Assembly: GCA_010093705.1 (NCBI GenBank)
Contig: MU006120.1
Span: 1 to 64,000, forward strand
Reading direction: 5' to 3'
DNA length: 64,000 bases
From: Patellaria atrata CBS 101060
Lineage: Eukaryota
Shown: piece by piece, positions 25,397 through 37,207 of the stretch
How positions within the stretch are numbered: position 1 is the stretch's first letter
How the letters are laid out: every line of letters starts with the position of its first letter
Program-made: the position numbers and the translations under genes
The notes under the pieces: model-generated
Databases searched by the model: none
Told to the model about the DNA's origin: nothing
What the model saw: only the letters and a program-made list of their open reading frames with translations

Positions 25397-26668
25397 TTAG
25401 CTCAGGTAGGGCCAACTAAAATTTGGGTGAGAAGACAACGCAGAGACAATGAAGACTCTTACTAACTCAATTTCTGAATTAGAATACGCCGTATGGAAAG
25501 AGTCGATGAAAGAAAAGAAAAAACCAACAACACGGAGCACAGAAAAGATGGTTAGGATATATCCGCTTCTAGCTTTAATGCGTTTGTGTTGTTTTAATAC
25601 ATACCATATCCACGTTCTACTTCTTAGTATTAAGAAGAAAGTCTTTAATTTATCTTAGTTGTAGTTCCAGATGCTCATAGTGAAACAAGTATCTTCCTCT
25701 AATATTTAGCAATATCGTGACCTTGATGTTTCATCACTCTGGCAAGCAGCGCCTTGCACAGTTTGTTCGAGTGTTCAACAATCTTACATCGCTGTATATC
25801 CAAGTCATACCAAAAGGGGGGTTGAAGGGCATGTAGTTGAGAGAAGCAGTATAATTGAGCATATGTAGTGTAACCCACAAGGGAAAACTTTTGTCCAATT
25901 AGCCCCCACTCTGCATATTATGTTTGTTCTTGGGTGTTTCAGCCTCATCAGTCGCCGAAAACTCCAGTAATGACGTGACGAGATGATGGCACTCCCAATG
26001 CGAGAAAAGCGAAGTTGGGCATGTCATGAGAGCCTAGACAAAACATCTAGTAACATATTTAAAGACCCCGGAGCCGTATAAATAGACATACACTTACCTT
26101 AATAGGGATAACCATAACACCCCCATGGAAGACAGTTCCGAGCATCTGTAACGCAAGTAATCGGTGCTAATCGATCGAGACCCTAACAAGATAAATAAAG
26201 TAGGACTTGTAAGGGAACTGTTGAGCTTGTTAGAACTGCACTCAGCGAGAGTATCTATTTGAGGAAAGCTAATATAGCATGTAGCGCCCTATCGCATTCC
26301 TACAACGATTGTTTCAATATGGACTTCTCGTATTCTATCCCTTCTATCACATTCACAATGCCATAAAATGTTTGTACAAGCATCAGACAAACTCCTATCC
26401 ATGTTAGAGGTGAGAAAGCGAATGTCATAATTTCTACTCGTCAGCCTCAGGCGATGAGAAACGTGGAATAGTTCAATCTATCGCATTTGAATCCGAAGAC
26501 TGAGTTGGTGGTTCACTTAGCGTCAGTTTCTTGATTTTTATCAAGTCGCTTTTCTCTATATATATCGTCTTTGAGATCTAGGAAAATGGTTCACCAGGTT
26601 GCTTCTACTAGAGCAGGACCACGGTTGGTACTCAGGAACTTTTCGAAACACTATACATATAAAGCACA

Positions 26669-27166
26669 ATGCACATCTTCTCTATCATTGCATTCCTCCT
26701 TCCCGCCCTCGGGGCTTTCGCTGGAAGCTGTTCTCCAGACTGGTCCCCTTGCCGAGCATGCGGCAAAATCAAAAACAATACTGGGTACAACATTAAAATC
26801 ACGAAGAATCCTTCAAATAACAACTCGAAGACAACGACAGCTCGTCCACATTGGTGCGATATTTTCAACTGGTCCGGGACCGCGTGGTCCAATCCTCATT
26901 CTTGCCCCAATCGTCCCTGTATCTGCAAACAGGAGACTTTGGGACCCCATAAGACCATCGGCGGTAATAGATGCAGCAGTCCTTATGTCGATCCCGATGC
27001 GTTTTGCCTTGCCGATAGGGATTATGTGCTTGTCCAGCCGGGTGGAGGAAGTAGGAGGGTGAGAAAGGGAGTTTGGACTAGGATTCATGACGATGAGACG
27101 GCGGAGTGCAATTATGGGGTGCTTGATGGAAGTGGAACGGCTTATTGTAAAATCATCAAGGATTAA
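26669..27166 (+). CDS. Small secreted Cys-rich protein (165 aa, 11 Cys), intronless
   Basis: Signal peptide MHIFSIIAFLLPALGAFA; TATAAA just upstream; motifs CGKIKNNT, CDIFNW, VDPDAFC, GVWTRI. Confidence 0.85.
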   Translation: MHIFSIIAFLLPALGAFAGSCSPDWSPCRACGKIKNNTGYNIKITKNPSNNNSKTTTARPHWCDIFNWSGTAWSNPHSCPNRPCICKQETLGPHKTIGGNRCSSPYVDPDAFCLADRDYVLVQPGGGSRRVRKGVWTRIHDDETAECNYGVLDGSGTAYCKIIKD

Positions 27167-28168
27167 CGGGATATACTGAAAGATGTAGGAAATATGGACC
27201 AGTATAACACATTTGAGGAGAAAAGAGAAAATATGTGACTGAAAGGTTCAGTATCAAACACTGAATATCCAGCTGTATGAGTATTGTAGATGCCCGGTTT
27301 GTCTTTCTAACGGAATTGCAGATCGCTACGAGTCCATCACTTGGTAGAGCTAATGGGATTGTGAGGGTATCATAAATATAATAGATATCACTAGATGAAG
27401 TTATTATTCGTTCTCTTACCTCTGAATGTATTGCTCCAACAGGTTTCTTATCCCTAGTACGCGCGCTCAAACCAAGTAGAATAGAAAACCGGCATCGTAG
27501 TCTTCGTAGAAGCAATCCGAAGCCGATTTCCCAACGCTCATTATACTGTATTCATATCCAATATTATTTCAAGAAGTTCACGCTATATGAACCTAGGCAA
27601 TCTTTTGGGTTTGTTGTACTCTTAACTGGTGTCAATCACGCACATGTGCGAATCTCACAGCGTGATTAATCGTTTGATATGCGGTTAGCATGTCACCTCA
27701 CTAAGAGGAAGAATGCAGACATTCCTACAATTACGGTGAGAGAAGATATGCGAATGTTTCCAAGGTCACGCCGAAGGTCTGAAGGACGGGAGTTTCTCAA
27801 TCTGTGTTCAGAGTTCGAGCTAGGACTTTTAGTGGACAGCCGCGCGGTTAAGATGCAGTTTCCTACGACCTTTAGAACCAACGTCAGAAAACATATAGCT
27901 ACATCTTGACGCTCATGGGGTGGATAGAGTGCATCCATATTCAAAAATAGTTAAAAATAGTTCTGTACATATTCGAGGAGGGTTTCATATAGGCAGAAAA
28001 GAAAACATACTGAAGCAATAACCGCTTCGTGCACCTCGTCTCCATTCCACTTTCCGATAGGCAACCCTTAGGTTCAGATAAAGATGACCTTCTCCACCGC
28101 AGCGTTCTTGACCCTTGGAAAACGTCGATTCATTTCTCCATACTGCAACTTATCTCGTTCGACGCGTT

Positions 28169-29449
28169 ATGTTTCACAGACATAACGACGACCTAATCTG
28201 GGGTTGGGTCTCATCACCAAACTCACGGGGTTCCATCAACATCATATACAGCAATCTCGTCACTATATATCTTTGCAGTTGGACGTCTTTATGTTTGAAT
28301 TTTCCCCGTCCGGGCGAGGAGCGAGGCTGGCGTTTTCTATGGTATAAGTTCCGCTGGCAACTTATCACTATATTCTTTCCCGAGGTTGTTGCCGTTACCG
28401 CCGCCGAACAATGGTTATCTGCCTGTCAATCCGTAAAGACATTTGCAACTATGGGCCACAAAGAGTGGACTGTACGGCACGGGTTCTTCGCTGATATGGG
28501 CGGTATCAAGGTTGCACCTCCAGACATGCCCCCTTTCCCTGTTGATAGCCATCAGTTGGCGTTCTTGGTGAAGAATGGCCATCTCCCTATGCCCCGGATT
28601 ACCACTGCGGACATATGTGCGCTCAATAAGGCAGACGGACTCGCACGCATCCTCACTCTCATACAGATGGCGTGGTTCTGCCTATCTTGTATTGGACGTG
28701 GTGTAGGAAGAATTGGACTATCACCACTAGAACTAACAACTCTCGCCTTGATCCTATGCACCTTACACAACTACTTCTTCTGGTACTTCAAACCACTCGA
28801 CCCTCAGAGGCTGGAAATCCTTACTATGGACATACCAATCGCACAGGTGCGTCGTATTGCAGGAGTCGAAGGATCACAGCTGCATTCTCCTCTCGGTTTT
28901 GTCAACCCTCCACCTGACCCAAAGAGCCTCGTCACACCATTCTGGTTCGGCGTCAAGCTTGTCTTCAGTCCACGAGAAAAATTGGACCAAGGGCAAATCC
29001 AGGCATTGCCAAATACTGGAATCCGCCCACCTGAGGGAGTTTCCTGGGGTATGATGCTGTACCTACTCTTCTTTTCGATGGCCTATTATGCGCTCCACGC
29101 TACGATGGGGTTTATGGTGGGTTTCCCTTCCACATTTGAATGGTATCTATGGACCGTATCCAATTTCGCAGACATAGGGCTCATCACCCTCTACTGCTTA
29201 TCCATACCGGTGGGGACCTACTATGCACCGTCGATAGGGAAACGGTGGTTTCGCAAACAAGCGTCTTCCGTCCTTGACCTTGCCTCAATGCTACCCTGCT
29301 GGGCAAAGCTGCTTGTTCATGGACCATTTGTGTTTGCGTACGTCGCAGCGCGCACTATCGTCCTGACAGTATCTTTCATAAGCTTGAGAGCACTTCCAGC
29401 ACAACTATATCAAGATGTTAATTGGTCGGGCATCCTACCGCATATATGA
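28169..29449 (+). CDS. Multi-pass membrane protein of an uncharacterised fungal family
   Basis: GWVSSPNSRGS, WTVRHGFFADMGG, NKADGLAR, KPLD, LRALPAQLYQDVNW..ILPHI; several hydrophobic segments. Confidence 0.8.
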   Translation: MFHRHNDDLIWGWVSSPNSRGSINIIYSNLVTIYLCSWTSLCLNFPRPGEERGWRFLWYKFRWQLITIFFPEVVAVTAAEQWLSACQSVKTFATMGHKEWTVRHGFFADMGGIKVAPPDMPPFPVDSHQLAFLVKNGHLPMPRITTADICALNKADGLARILTLIQMAWFCLSCIGRGVGRIGLSPLELTTLALILCTLHNYFFWYFKPLDPQRLEILTMDIPIAQVRRIAGVEGSQLHSPLGFVNPPPDPKSLVTPFWFGVKLVFSPREKLDQGQIQALPNTGIRPPEGVSWGMMLYLLFFSMAYYALHATMGFMVGFPSTFEWYLWTVSNFADIGLITLYCLSIPVGTYYAPSIGKRWFRKQASSVLDLASMLPCWAKLLVHGPFVFAYVAARTIVLTVSFISLRALPAQLYQDVNWSGILPHI

Positions 29450-29768
29450 GCTATCTTGACCCTTTTCTTGGAGATTCATCTTCCTTCAATAGGATATTTT
29501 TTGGATGTTCAGACCCGTGGATTTACACTACGCTTAACAGCCTAACTCAATTTCAGAATAGAGGTGAGTAGTACCTTACAATTGAGGATCAATTAATATA
29601 AGGACTAAGCTAACGATATTAGGACTAGAGTGAATTCTAATAATAGCGAACAACCGATAGCTTGTTAAATTTCCTTCTCGCGATGCTTCTGATTAGGAGG
29701 TACCCTTCTTGCAAAATATCTTCTCTATGAAGTAAAGTAGCATGGTGGCTGCTTAAGGTGTCTTCGTT

Positions 29769-31796
29769 ATGGCCACCAAACCTTCTCCGCGCTCCGAGTT
29801 ATTCGAGTATGAAGAATTACCTAAAGATGATGACACTATTCGGGTTGTGACCATTACGGCTGGATGGCCGTGGCAAAGTATTGCATGCAATCTCACGCAT
29901 GTATCACTGTCAAACCGAGCGGCTCGTTACAATGCCCTTTCATATACCTGGGGTGACCCTCGAGATTCGTGCTCGATAAAGTGTAACGGCAAAGTGTTCG
30001 TCGTGACCAAGGACCTACATTCTGCACTTCGGCATCTTCGACAACGCTCAAAACCGGTCGCATTATGGATAGACCAAATCTGCATAAATCAAAGCGACAA
30101 CATGGAAAAGGGTCATCAAATTCAGTTGATGTCAAGAATTTACAGCTCTGCTGCACTGGTCATTGTTTGGCTTGGTCCTCACTCCGATAATAGCAAAGAC
30201 GCATTCAGGTTTGGTAAGAAAGTCGTATCCACCTTCCTTCCAGATGCGCCGAGCGTCGGCGCGGATAGGCAGCTACCAACTGATCATCATCTCTTACGGG
30301 GGACTGGAGAACTGTTCAGGTCCGACCATCATTGGGCTTATGGTGAGGGAAGAATACTCCCTGATCGGTATCACAAGAACTGGGAGGCACTGAAGACCCT
30401 ACTCTCTCGCCGTTACTTTTCAAGAGTGTGGATTATCCAAGAGGTCGCAATGGCATCTAATATCATCGTTTACTGTGGGCACGATAGATTTACATGGGCG
30501 GAGCTTGTCCTTCTTGTAGATCTATTATATACGAATATTCCACCAATGTTCTTTGGCATACACACAGAAATCCTAGGGCTACCAGCTAATCACATGCGTG
30601 CCATTCAAAAGGTCAAAATGACTAGGGCTGACAATATAACCCCGAGTTTATACGATTTGCTGATAAGGCACAAAGATTTCGAGTCCACTGATCCGCGAGA
30701 CAAGGTTTACGCCTTATACGGCCTAGCTGGCATATCAATCGCACCTGATTATTCGATGCCTGCTGAAGAATATTTCACTCGTTTGATGGTTCAGATGATT
30801 CTAGAGTTCACAGGCAAAGACTGTACCCTCCCCGAAAACGAACCTACTTTTCGTAATCTCATATACGCACGAAACTTTGCAGCCGGGCTCCCTGTTAGCG
30901 TAAGGGGTCGCATTATGAGCCTGTTGTTCTCCGCCGGTATCTCTAAACAGAAACTTAACCTGCCTTCTTGGGTTCCCGATTGGAGTGTCTCACAGACCCC
31001 CTTTCCGATATGGGGCCGTACTCACGATGGCCGCTCTCCATCTTGCGCAGGCGGAGATTCCCTTGGACCAATGGAGCTCCTTGGCTTAGAGTGGACGCAG
31101 CAGGGTGATATCCATATCGTCTCGGGTTTCTCCGAACCTCCCGGCCTTCGTCTGACTGGCAAGATATGTGGCACTGTGACAAAAGTCGGATCCACAGAAG
31201 TTAGGGTAGATGAGCCCATGGAAAGTGAAAATCAGCAGCGAGCTTTAGCAACATGGTTTACTGAGAGCATTCACATATCTACATCTATCGCACCATCTGT
31301 TCCCGCTCCAGATAACGTCCATATAAATCCGGGGCGGGATGAATTCGTAAATACCATCAGAATGAGGAACCAGAAACCGCTCCTCGCTACTTCCGAGTTC
31401 TATCACGGTAAAACATACTACGATAACAACCGTGTCCTCAACTTCACGAAGGACCAATCATACAAGAGTAAACTTCCATTTGTACTTTACACCAGTGATT
31501 ATTGGGAGTCAATTCCCCGTATTGCTGGACGTTCCTTTTTCGCTGCAACAAGAGGTTGCCTTGGTTTAGCTCCCTTTGGTACACATGTTGATGACGTTCT
31601 TGCTATCTTTATAGGATTTGACGTACCCTTCATTCTACGCCCGGATGGAGATGATCGTTATCGTTTGGTGGGAGACTGCTATGTCAATAGTGAAGAGATC
31701 TGGGTAGGAGACGCTGTAGGCGTATACGACCGGCCACTCTTGAAGCAAAGACTGGTTTATCGGGATCTTCCTATCCAAACCATTACTCTTATATGA
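29769..31796 (+). CDS. HET-domain protein (HET-6-like architecture), 675 aa
   Basis: YNALSYTWG, LWIDQICINQ, MSRIYSSA, YFSRVWIIQEV, TDPRDKVYAL, LPSWVPDW, YRLVGDCYV. Confidence 0.92.
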   Translation: MATKPSPRSELFEYEELPKDDDTIRVVTITAGWPWQSIACNLTHVSLSNRAARYNALSYTWGDPRDSCSIKCNGKVFVVTKDLHSALRHLRQRSKPVALWIDQICINQSDNMEKGHQIQLMSRIYSSAALVIVWLGPHSDNSKDAFRFGKKVVSTFLPDAPSVGADRQLPTDHHLLRGTGELFRSDHHWAYGEGRILPDRYHKNWEALKTLLSRRYFSRVWIIQEVAMASNIIVYCGHDRFTWAELVLLVDLLYTNIPPMFFGIHTEILGLPANHMRAIQKVKMTRADNITPSLYDLLIRHKDFESTDPRDKVYALYGLAGISIAPDYSMPAEEYFTRLMVQMILEFTGKDCTLPENEPTFRNLIYARNFAAGLPVSVRGRIMSLLFSAGISKQKLNLPSWVPDWSVSQTPFPIWGRTHDGRSPSCAGGDSLGPMELLGLEWTQQGDIHIVSGFSEPPGLRLTGKICGTVTKVGSTEVRVDEPMESENQQRALATWFTESIHISTSIAPSVPAPDNVHINPGRDEFVNTIRMRNQKPLLATSEFYHGKTYYDNNRVLNFTKDQSYKSKLPFVLYTSDYWESIPRIAGRSFFAATRGCLGLAPFGTHVDDVLAIFIGFDVPFILRPDGDDRYRLVGDCYVNSEEIWVGDAVGVYDRPLLKQRLVYRDLPIQTITLI

Positions 31797-32502
31797 TTGA
31801 TTTACGAGACATTTAATACAATCAAGTAGCAATTCAACTGTGTATGGGAGATCATATAATCCGCGGACTGGATCTGATCCACAGATGCCCCAATCGGCCT
31901 CCCTGAACGTTGTTGACATCTAAAAACGACGGATTTATGCTGTTCAAAGTTATAAACTGCCGCTACATCATCTGTACATATCATATTTCTACTACAGGTT
32001 CGACTGCTAGTGCAAACAGGACGTTTTAGAAAGCGTATATTCTGGATATCTCCATTTTTGCTTACTTTGTCCAGCTGGAGTTTCCCTATACATTTCCCAT
32101 TTTCCACGAAGCTAGAGCTGGAGGCGGTTTGGAAAACCAGTGTACATTCCCCATATCTCCACTGTTAGGTACTCCATACAGATCCCTCATACATCACCCC
32201 TTTCCCATAGACCTAAATCGCAGATAGGGTGCAGCGTTACCTTACAGGGAGGTTCGGCAAAGCGGCGAGAGGTGATGGAATATGTGTTTACTGATCCGAG
32301 ACCCCCTTCGTTCAGATGAGTGTAGCTAGAACTCACTTGGGTGGTGAGTGTACTGTAGAGTAGCGGTAGAAATACCGCGTTTGTCCTTCCTCTCATCCCG
32401 CGGAGTAATGAATAGGTGGTCTAAAGCATTGTAGCATTTCGTTATAGAAGAACTACATGTCTCCAATGATTTGAACATATCTTCGAAAGGTACGTTACCG
32501 TC

Positions 32503-33277
32503 CTATCGGTTCATCCATGACATAGTATTGATATCACCTAGGGCATCCCCATAATCATTCTGTTCTAACCATTGGTTCACACTCGCCGTTTCTCCATAGA
32601 TTTTGTAAAACTGGTCGAGTTCTTGGTTAAGATCTAGCGGGTGGTGAGTTTATGAGCAGGTGAATTAGGAGACGTGATTATTACCAATAAGTGTTATTTC
32701 AGTGGTAGGCTGCAGTGAGAAACGTGCGGATTGTTCATGAATTAGTTGTAGAGTATTTGGTAGCTTTGTCTCTATTCATATAAGTCAATTCTAAGCTAAC
32801 CATTTCAAGTTATCAATTTGGATACATTTTGCAATGCGAATAATTGAATGGTTGACATCACGACCAGATTCAGCGATCTCGTCGCAATACCCCATTATGA
32901 GTTCTTGCATAAAGTACGTGTTAGGCACGAAAAGCGCACCATTAGCATCTAGAGTTCAGAACTGCGGTTAGCTTCTTTATCATCTTCATACAGCATCGTC
33001 TACAACCACAAGGAGGTTTTCTTGAAACTCCTGGATACACAAGACCATCTTGCTGGACCTCAACGCCATCTTCCGAGAACTCTTTCGTTGTTGGGTAACT
33101 TTTATAATCAAACAGGCTTGAATTAGAGTGAACACCTAAATGGATTAATGAAGCTGGAAATTCTCTATATGTTGCCAATGAATGAAGAGTAGAGCTATTC
33201 CGATATCGAGAATTACGAAGCATACAAATCGTATTGTACATGAGACTACGCATATACGCTGATCGGAATGTATTCAT
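32503..33277 (-). CDS. Tse2-family ADP-ribosyltransferase-like gene, copy 1 (4 exons); the simplest splice model creates a TAG at the intron 2 junction, so possibly a pseudogene
   Basis: Introns 33009-32949, 32825-32772, 32684-32634 give FPASL...DGLVYPG...YANGALFVPNTYFMQEL...IIRIAK*TKLPNTLQLIHEQSARFSLQP...DLNQELDQFY...WL. Confidence 0.72.
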
Positions 33278-33502
33278 GATGATAAATTCTTGAAGAGGAT
33301 TCTACTACCGCACAATAGTTGATGGATAAGGAGTTGGTAGCGAGGTCCTTCGAACGATCGTAAGAGAATAGAGCTTAGCAGCACCATCCCCATAACTTTT
33401 CAAATTTTTTTTCCCCCTTATTCTCAGCAGTTGGACTCGTTGGAAGTAATATTCTCGCTATATCCACTATTTACAGACCACAGGACAGATGGGAGTTTGG
33501 TG

Positions 33503-34158
33503 ATGCCGTTTACAAAGTCCTATCGGATTGTTCCTCAGGAACTCTTCCGCCTCAACAATAGACACTACGCGCGACTGAGGCCCTGGGACAGCTGTCGAAA
33601 ACCCAGAATGTACGACATACATCTCACAGAGAGTGGCATCGCATTGCGTGAAGCTTAAAATCCGAATTGTATAAAGGTAAGCGGTAATCTCAAATTCTCT
33701 AGCGCCGAATGGCGCGTCAATGCGACCGAACTCCCCATATCAACATTTCCTCGTCAACAAATTTGTTGGGGATAATACCTTGATATACGTTTTTAGTAAA
33801 GGTATGGCTTTGGAGATGTAGGAGGGCACCCTAGCTAGCTCTCTATGCATCTGAAAGTTGTAGGGGCGAGAGGCGATATGGATAGCTAACACCATCACCT
33901 ACAGGCACCATAATCCCCGAATAACTAGTTCTAGTCTATGAACGTGGGGATCATTGGCCTATGCAACCCGTGAAGGAAATGGGGCTCCGAGGTAATTGAA
34001 AGGCTAGGTAAACGCATCTTTGGCAGGACTATTACAATATCACAGAACTCAACAACTCGATAACTTCATTCTTATCTCAATCTGGATCAATACTTGATAT
34101 AGAAACTTGGCTACAAAAGTACCCCCGACCTACGGTTCTTATCGGACCTGGTGGTTGA
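33503..34158 (+). pseudogene. Tse2-family ADP-ribosyltransferase-like gene, copy 2, disrupted
   Basis: PQELFRLNN...RLR...YDI; APNGASMRPNSPYQ; IYVFSKGTIIPE*LVLVYERGDHWPMQP; ELNNSITSFL...WLQKYP; stops at 33656 and 33922, frameshift and a 26-nt remnant at intron 1. Confidence 0.8.
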
Positions 34159-34360
34159 GATTCACTGAGATTATAACCATGTGGTCCATTGTTAAGCCGA
34201 TGGTGAATCAAGTTTTGGATAAAAACACCACCGGCATAGCTCGAGCTCAAGATACTTATGAGGAGACACCAAGAACATTTCGCAACCTCTGCTCTGTACT
34301 AATCTTTATTAAAAATCCTCGATTGACTGACCTATTTGAGGGGGCTGTACTGCACTGTAC

Positions 34361-34777
34361 CTATTCAGTCCCTTCCCCGAAATTCATATATCCAAGCTCC
34401 CAGATATGACCGTCAGGGTCTTCAAAGCTCCTGCCGTACATGCCTTCCATTTCCTGTAACTTTGTCGGATCGCCTTTGCCTCCTGATTTTGCAGCTGTCT
34501 CTACGACTTCATCAACCTCCTCCTTACTAGCCAGCTGAACGCATAACAGGACCTCGGTCGTCTGCGTGGCATTGCTGATGGTTTTATTCTCGGGTACAAA
34601 TGATCGGAATCGACCAGTCTCGAGGAGCATCACGATTATGTTCGCTGAAAAGCTCATACCGGATGTGGTCTCATCAGAGAATCTGGGATCTCTAGTCGCA
34701 CCGATGGCTTCGTAGAATGCGGTAGCAGCCTTCACATCGGCTACAGGGAGGTTTACGAAGATGACCGTAGGTTTCAT
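34361..34777 (-). CDS. VOC/glyoxalase-bleomycin resistance superfamily protein (COG3607-like)
   Basis: IFVNLPVADV...FYEAIG...FSDE...VMLL...EVLL...MYGRSFEDPDGHIWE; first ATG at 34777, probable upstream intron. Confidence 0.88.
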   Translation of the reverse strand: MKPTVIFVNLPVADVKAATAFYEAIGATRDPRFSDETTSGMSFSANIIVMLLETGRFRSFVPENKTISNATQTTEVLLCVQLASKEEVDEVVETAAKSGGKGDPTKLQEMEGMYGRSFEDPDGHIWELGYMNFGEGTE

Positions 34778-35291
34778 AGTGTCGTTTGGATCAGTCAACT
34801 TTTGGAATGATCGATTAGAACTGCGAACGGCGGAGGGAGGGTACTCACATATTTTGATGTGATGAGATGGGGTTATCCTGTGACTTGCCCTTTTTCATGA
34901 GCGGTTCCAAAGCACTTTTTATATCAACAATGTCCATACCGCGCAATCACTCTATAGAATTAGTGCCGTACTCATTGCGACTTTGGCACTCGCCAAGTAG
35001 TAAGTGTCTTGACATCAAGAGCATTCGAAAGTGAGTCATAATGATATACCATGCTGTAATGCATGAGAAGCAACTGACTATGCATTTTTTGATTTGCCAA
35101 TTCGTAGATATTTGGGGGGGAAACTCGCGTTTTTCGGATTGCTTCCTTTTACAAAGCGCCACCAACGCGACGTCCCGTGATAGCGCGTCTTCATGACTCG
35201 AGAGATGTTCGCGTATTCCAGAGTTCTATCTCCGTACAGCACTGCAGTACATCCGTAACTCTGGTTTCATGTAGTACTTGGATCCATCACA

Positions 35292-36031
35292 ATGAGTTCG
35301 CCAACATTGAAGCACAAAAGCCGATTCTCCTAAAGCGGATCAAGCAAGAGTAAAAAGTGCTCGGACTAAGAAAGGACAGCCAGAGACTCTCCAAGATGCG
35401 TTATCCTTATTTCAAGATTAAAGGAACACTCATCGCTACTCCATGAGCTCATTGACGACGAAGGTCTAACACACAGTATAATTCTCAAACTTCTTTAGTA
35501 TAGGAATGTCAGTAACAGAATTCAGGAACTCTCCCTCAAATACGAAAGGTTATGAATGCCCGCCCGACAGGCGCAAAAGCTCTAGCGAAATCAATATCTT
35601 CAGCAATGACTAAGGTGTACGGGCCACTTCAGGTAGAAACATGTGATGCACGATGCACTGGTATCACTTCCGACGACATAAGCAAAGCAATGATGGTCTT
35701 CTTTCCACCGATCGAAACATTAAGCAATCTGCCCGCTCCGAATGCTATGAGGATCGCCTACGAGCTCATGATGAAGTTGCAAAAGCATTCCTGGGGAGAA
35801 TAGGATGTGAAAGGTTGTGGGTATGGAGGGAGGCCTTCAGATCCCAGAACAGACGACCTGTTATGCGTGATAGCTCAGGAAAGGAAGCGTAGAGGAGAGA
35901 CTTGGGATAAAATGAGGGATCTAAAGAGTATCATGGCTGACGCGAAGCTCCTGAAGGGCTATGGTATCGACCTCTATTTCACTAAGACTATCCGTTTATT
36001 TAAGAGCTGGGTAGGATGTCATACCTCGTGA
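35292..36031 (+). pseudogene. Degenerate hypothetical gene
   Basis: ORFs 35552..35803 and 35807..36031 are the same frame separated by one TAG (HSWGE*DVKGCGYGGRPSD); 5' part broken. Confidence 0.55.
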
Positions 36032-37207
36032 AATCACCAAGGGACCATTAACTCCCTAATCGGAACTCCGCTCACATCTTCACTCATATATTATCACCAG
36101 TCTTTCTTTGCTCTTTAATCTTGCATCACATCGCTGCTCAACAAGCTCGACTATTTCCTTTCCAATGTTATTAGATTTCTACAAGTCTTTTTCGTCGATG
36201 TTTTGCCGGGAGAAAACAAGGAGAGCTTCTATAAATTGTCCCTCCGGTCTCGACAAAGAATTGTATTCCAAGTTTCTGTTCTTAGACTTGCCAGATGGAG
36301 CGAAATGGATGTGTTCCTTTTTTTTTCCACATAGTCCTCTATGAAATCTTTCGTGCACCAGACGTAGGTATTAATCTTCGAAATCACTGGAAATTCTTTG
36401 AAGTTTAAAATACAGATGAAAAAATTACATTTGCTTGGTTATTTCGTTCTATTATTAGTAGTATTTAGAGTAAAGGAAGAAAAGAGAAGATATGATATTT
36501 TATCGTGATATATATCCTCACCTATAACAATAGTCAAAAGCAGTTCAAAGCAGAATGACACTTCCCAGTACTACCATATATTTCTCACGCACCTTCCAAT
36601 GCGCAATATGACCCCCTTCTCCTCATCCCCAGAAAACTTAACAGCTTGCCCTTCTCCTGCCTCAACTCCCGTACTCTTACAAATGTCAGTCATGCTCTCG
36701 CAATCCGTTACTTCCATTGCTTCGGGCATTCTTTCTGAGTGGATGACTCTTTGTTGTTTACAGTATCATCTATTTTCGGGATGAGTTTAGAATGTTTGGA
36801 TGGTTAGTGGTAGTATTATATTGTGGTTCGTGTGTGAGGAGATTATAGAGGGCACCGTACTGCCTCATTGTACTTTGTACCTTATTGTATACGCTGGTGC
36901 CGGAAAGCGGTACCTCGAAAATGGCCCTGCAGTAACTGATTATGAATAACATTGATTATGTAGTAAGCGCACTGCCACTGATGTGGGGAAAAAAAAAGGT
37001 GAAACAAGTGAAATACCTGTTTGACCTTCGATTGCTCAATTAGCATCCGATGTTCAACATTAAGAACCAACTCTGAATTTCAAAGGTATTCCATAAGTCC
37101 CATACTTATTAACCCTTCCAATAGTATCTTCACATACACCCCTTCACACAATGTTGTTTCTTTTATTATTTTTACTTTGTCAACCTGAAAGACTTCGCCA
37201 GTGTACT

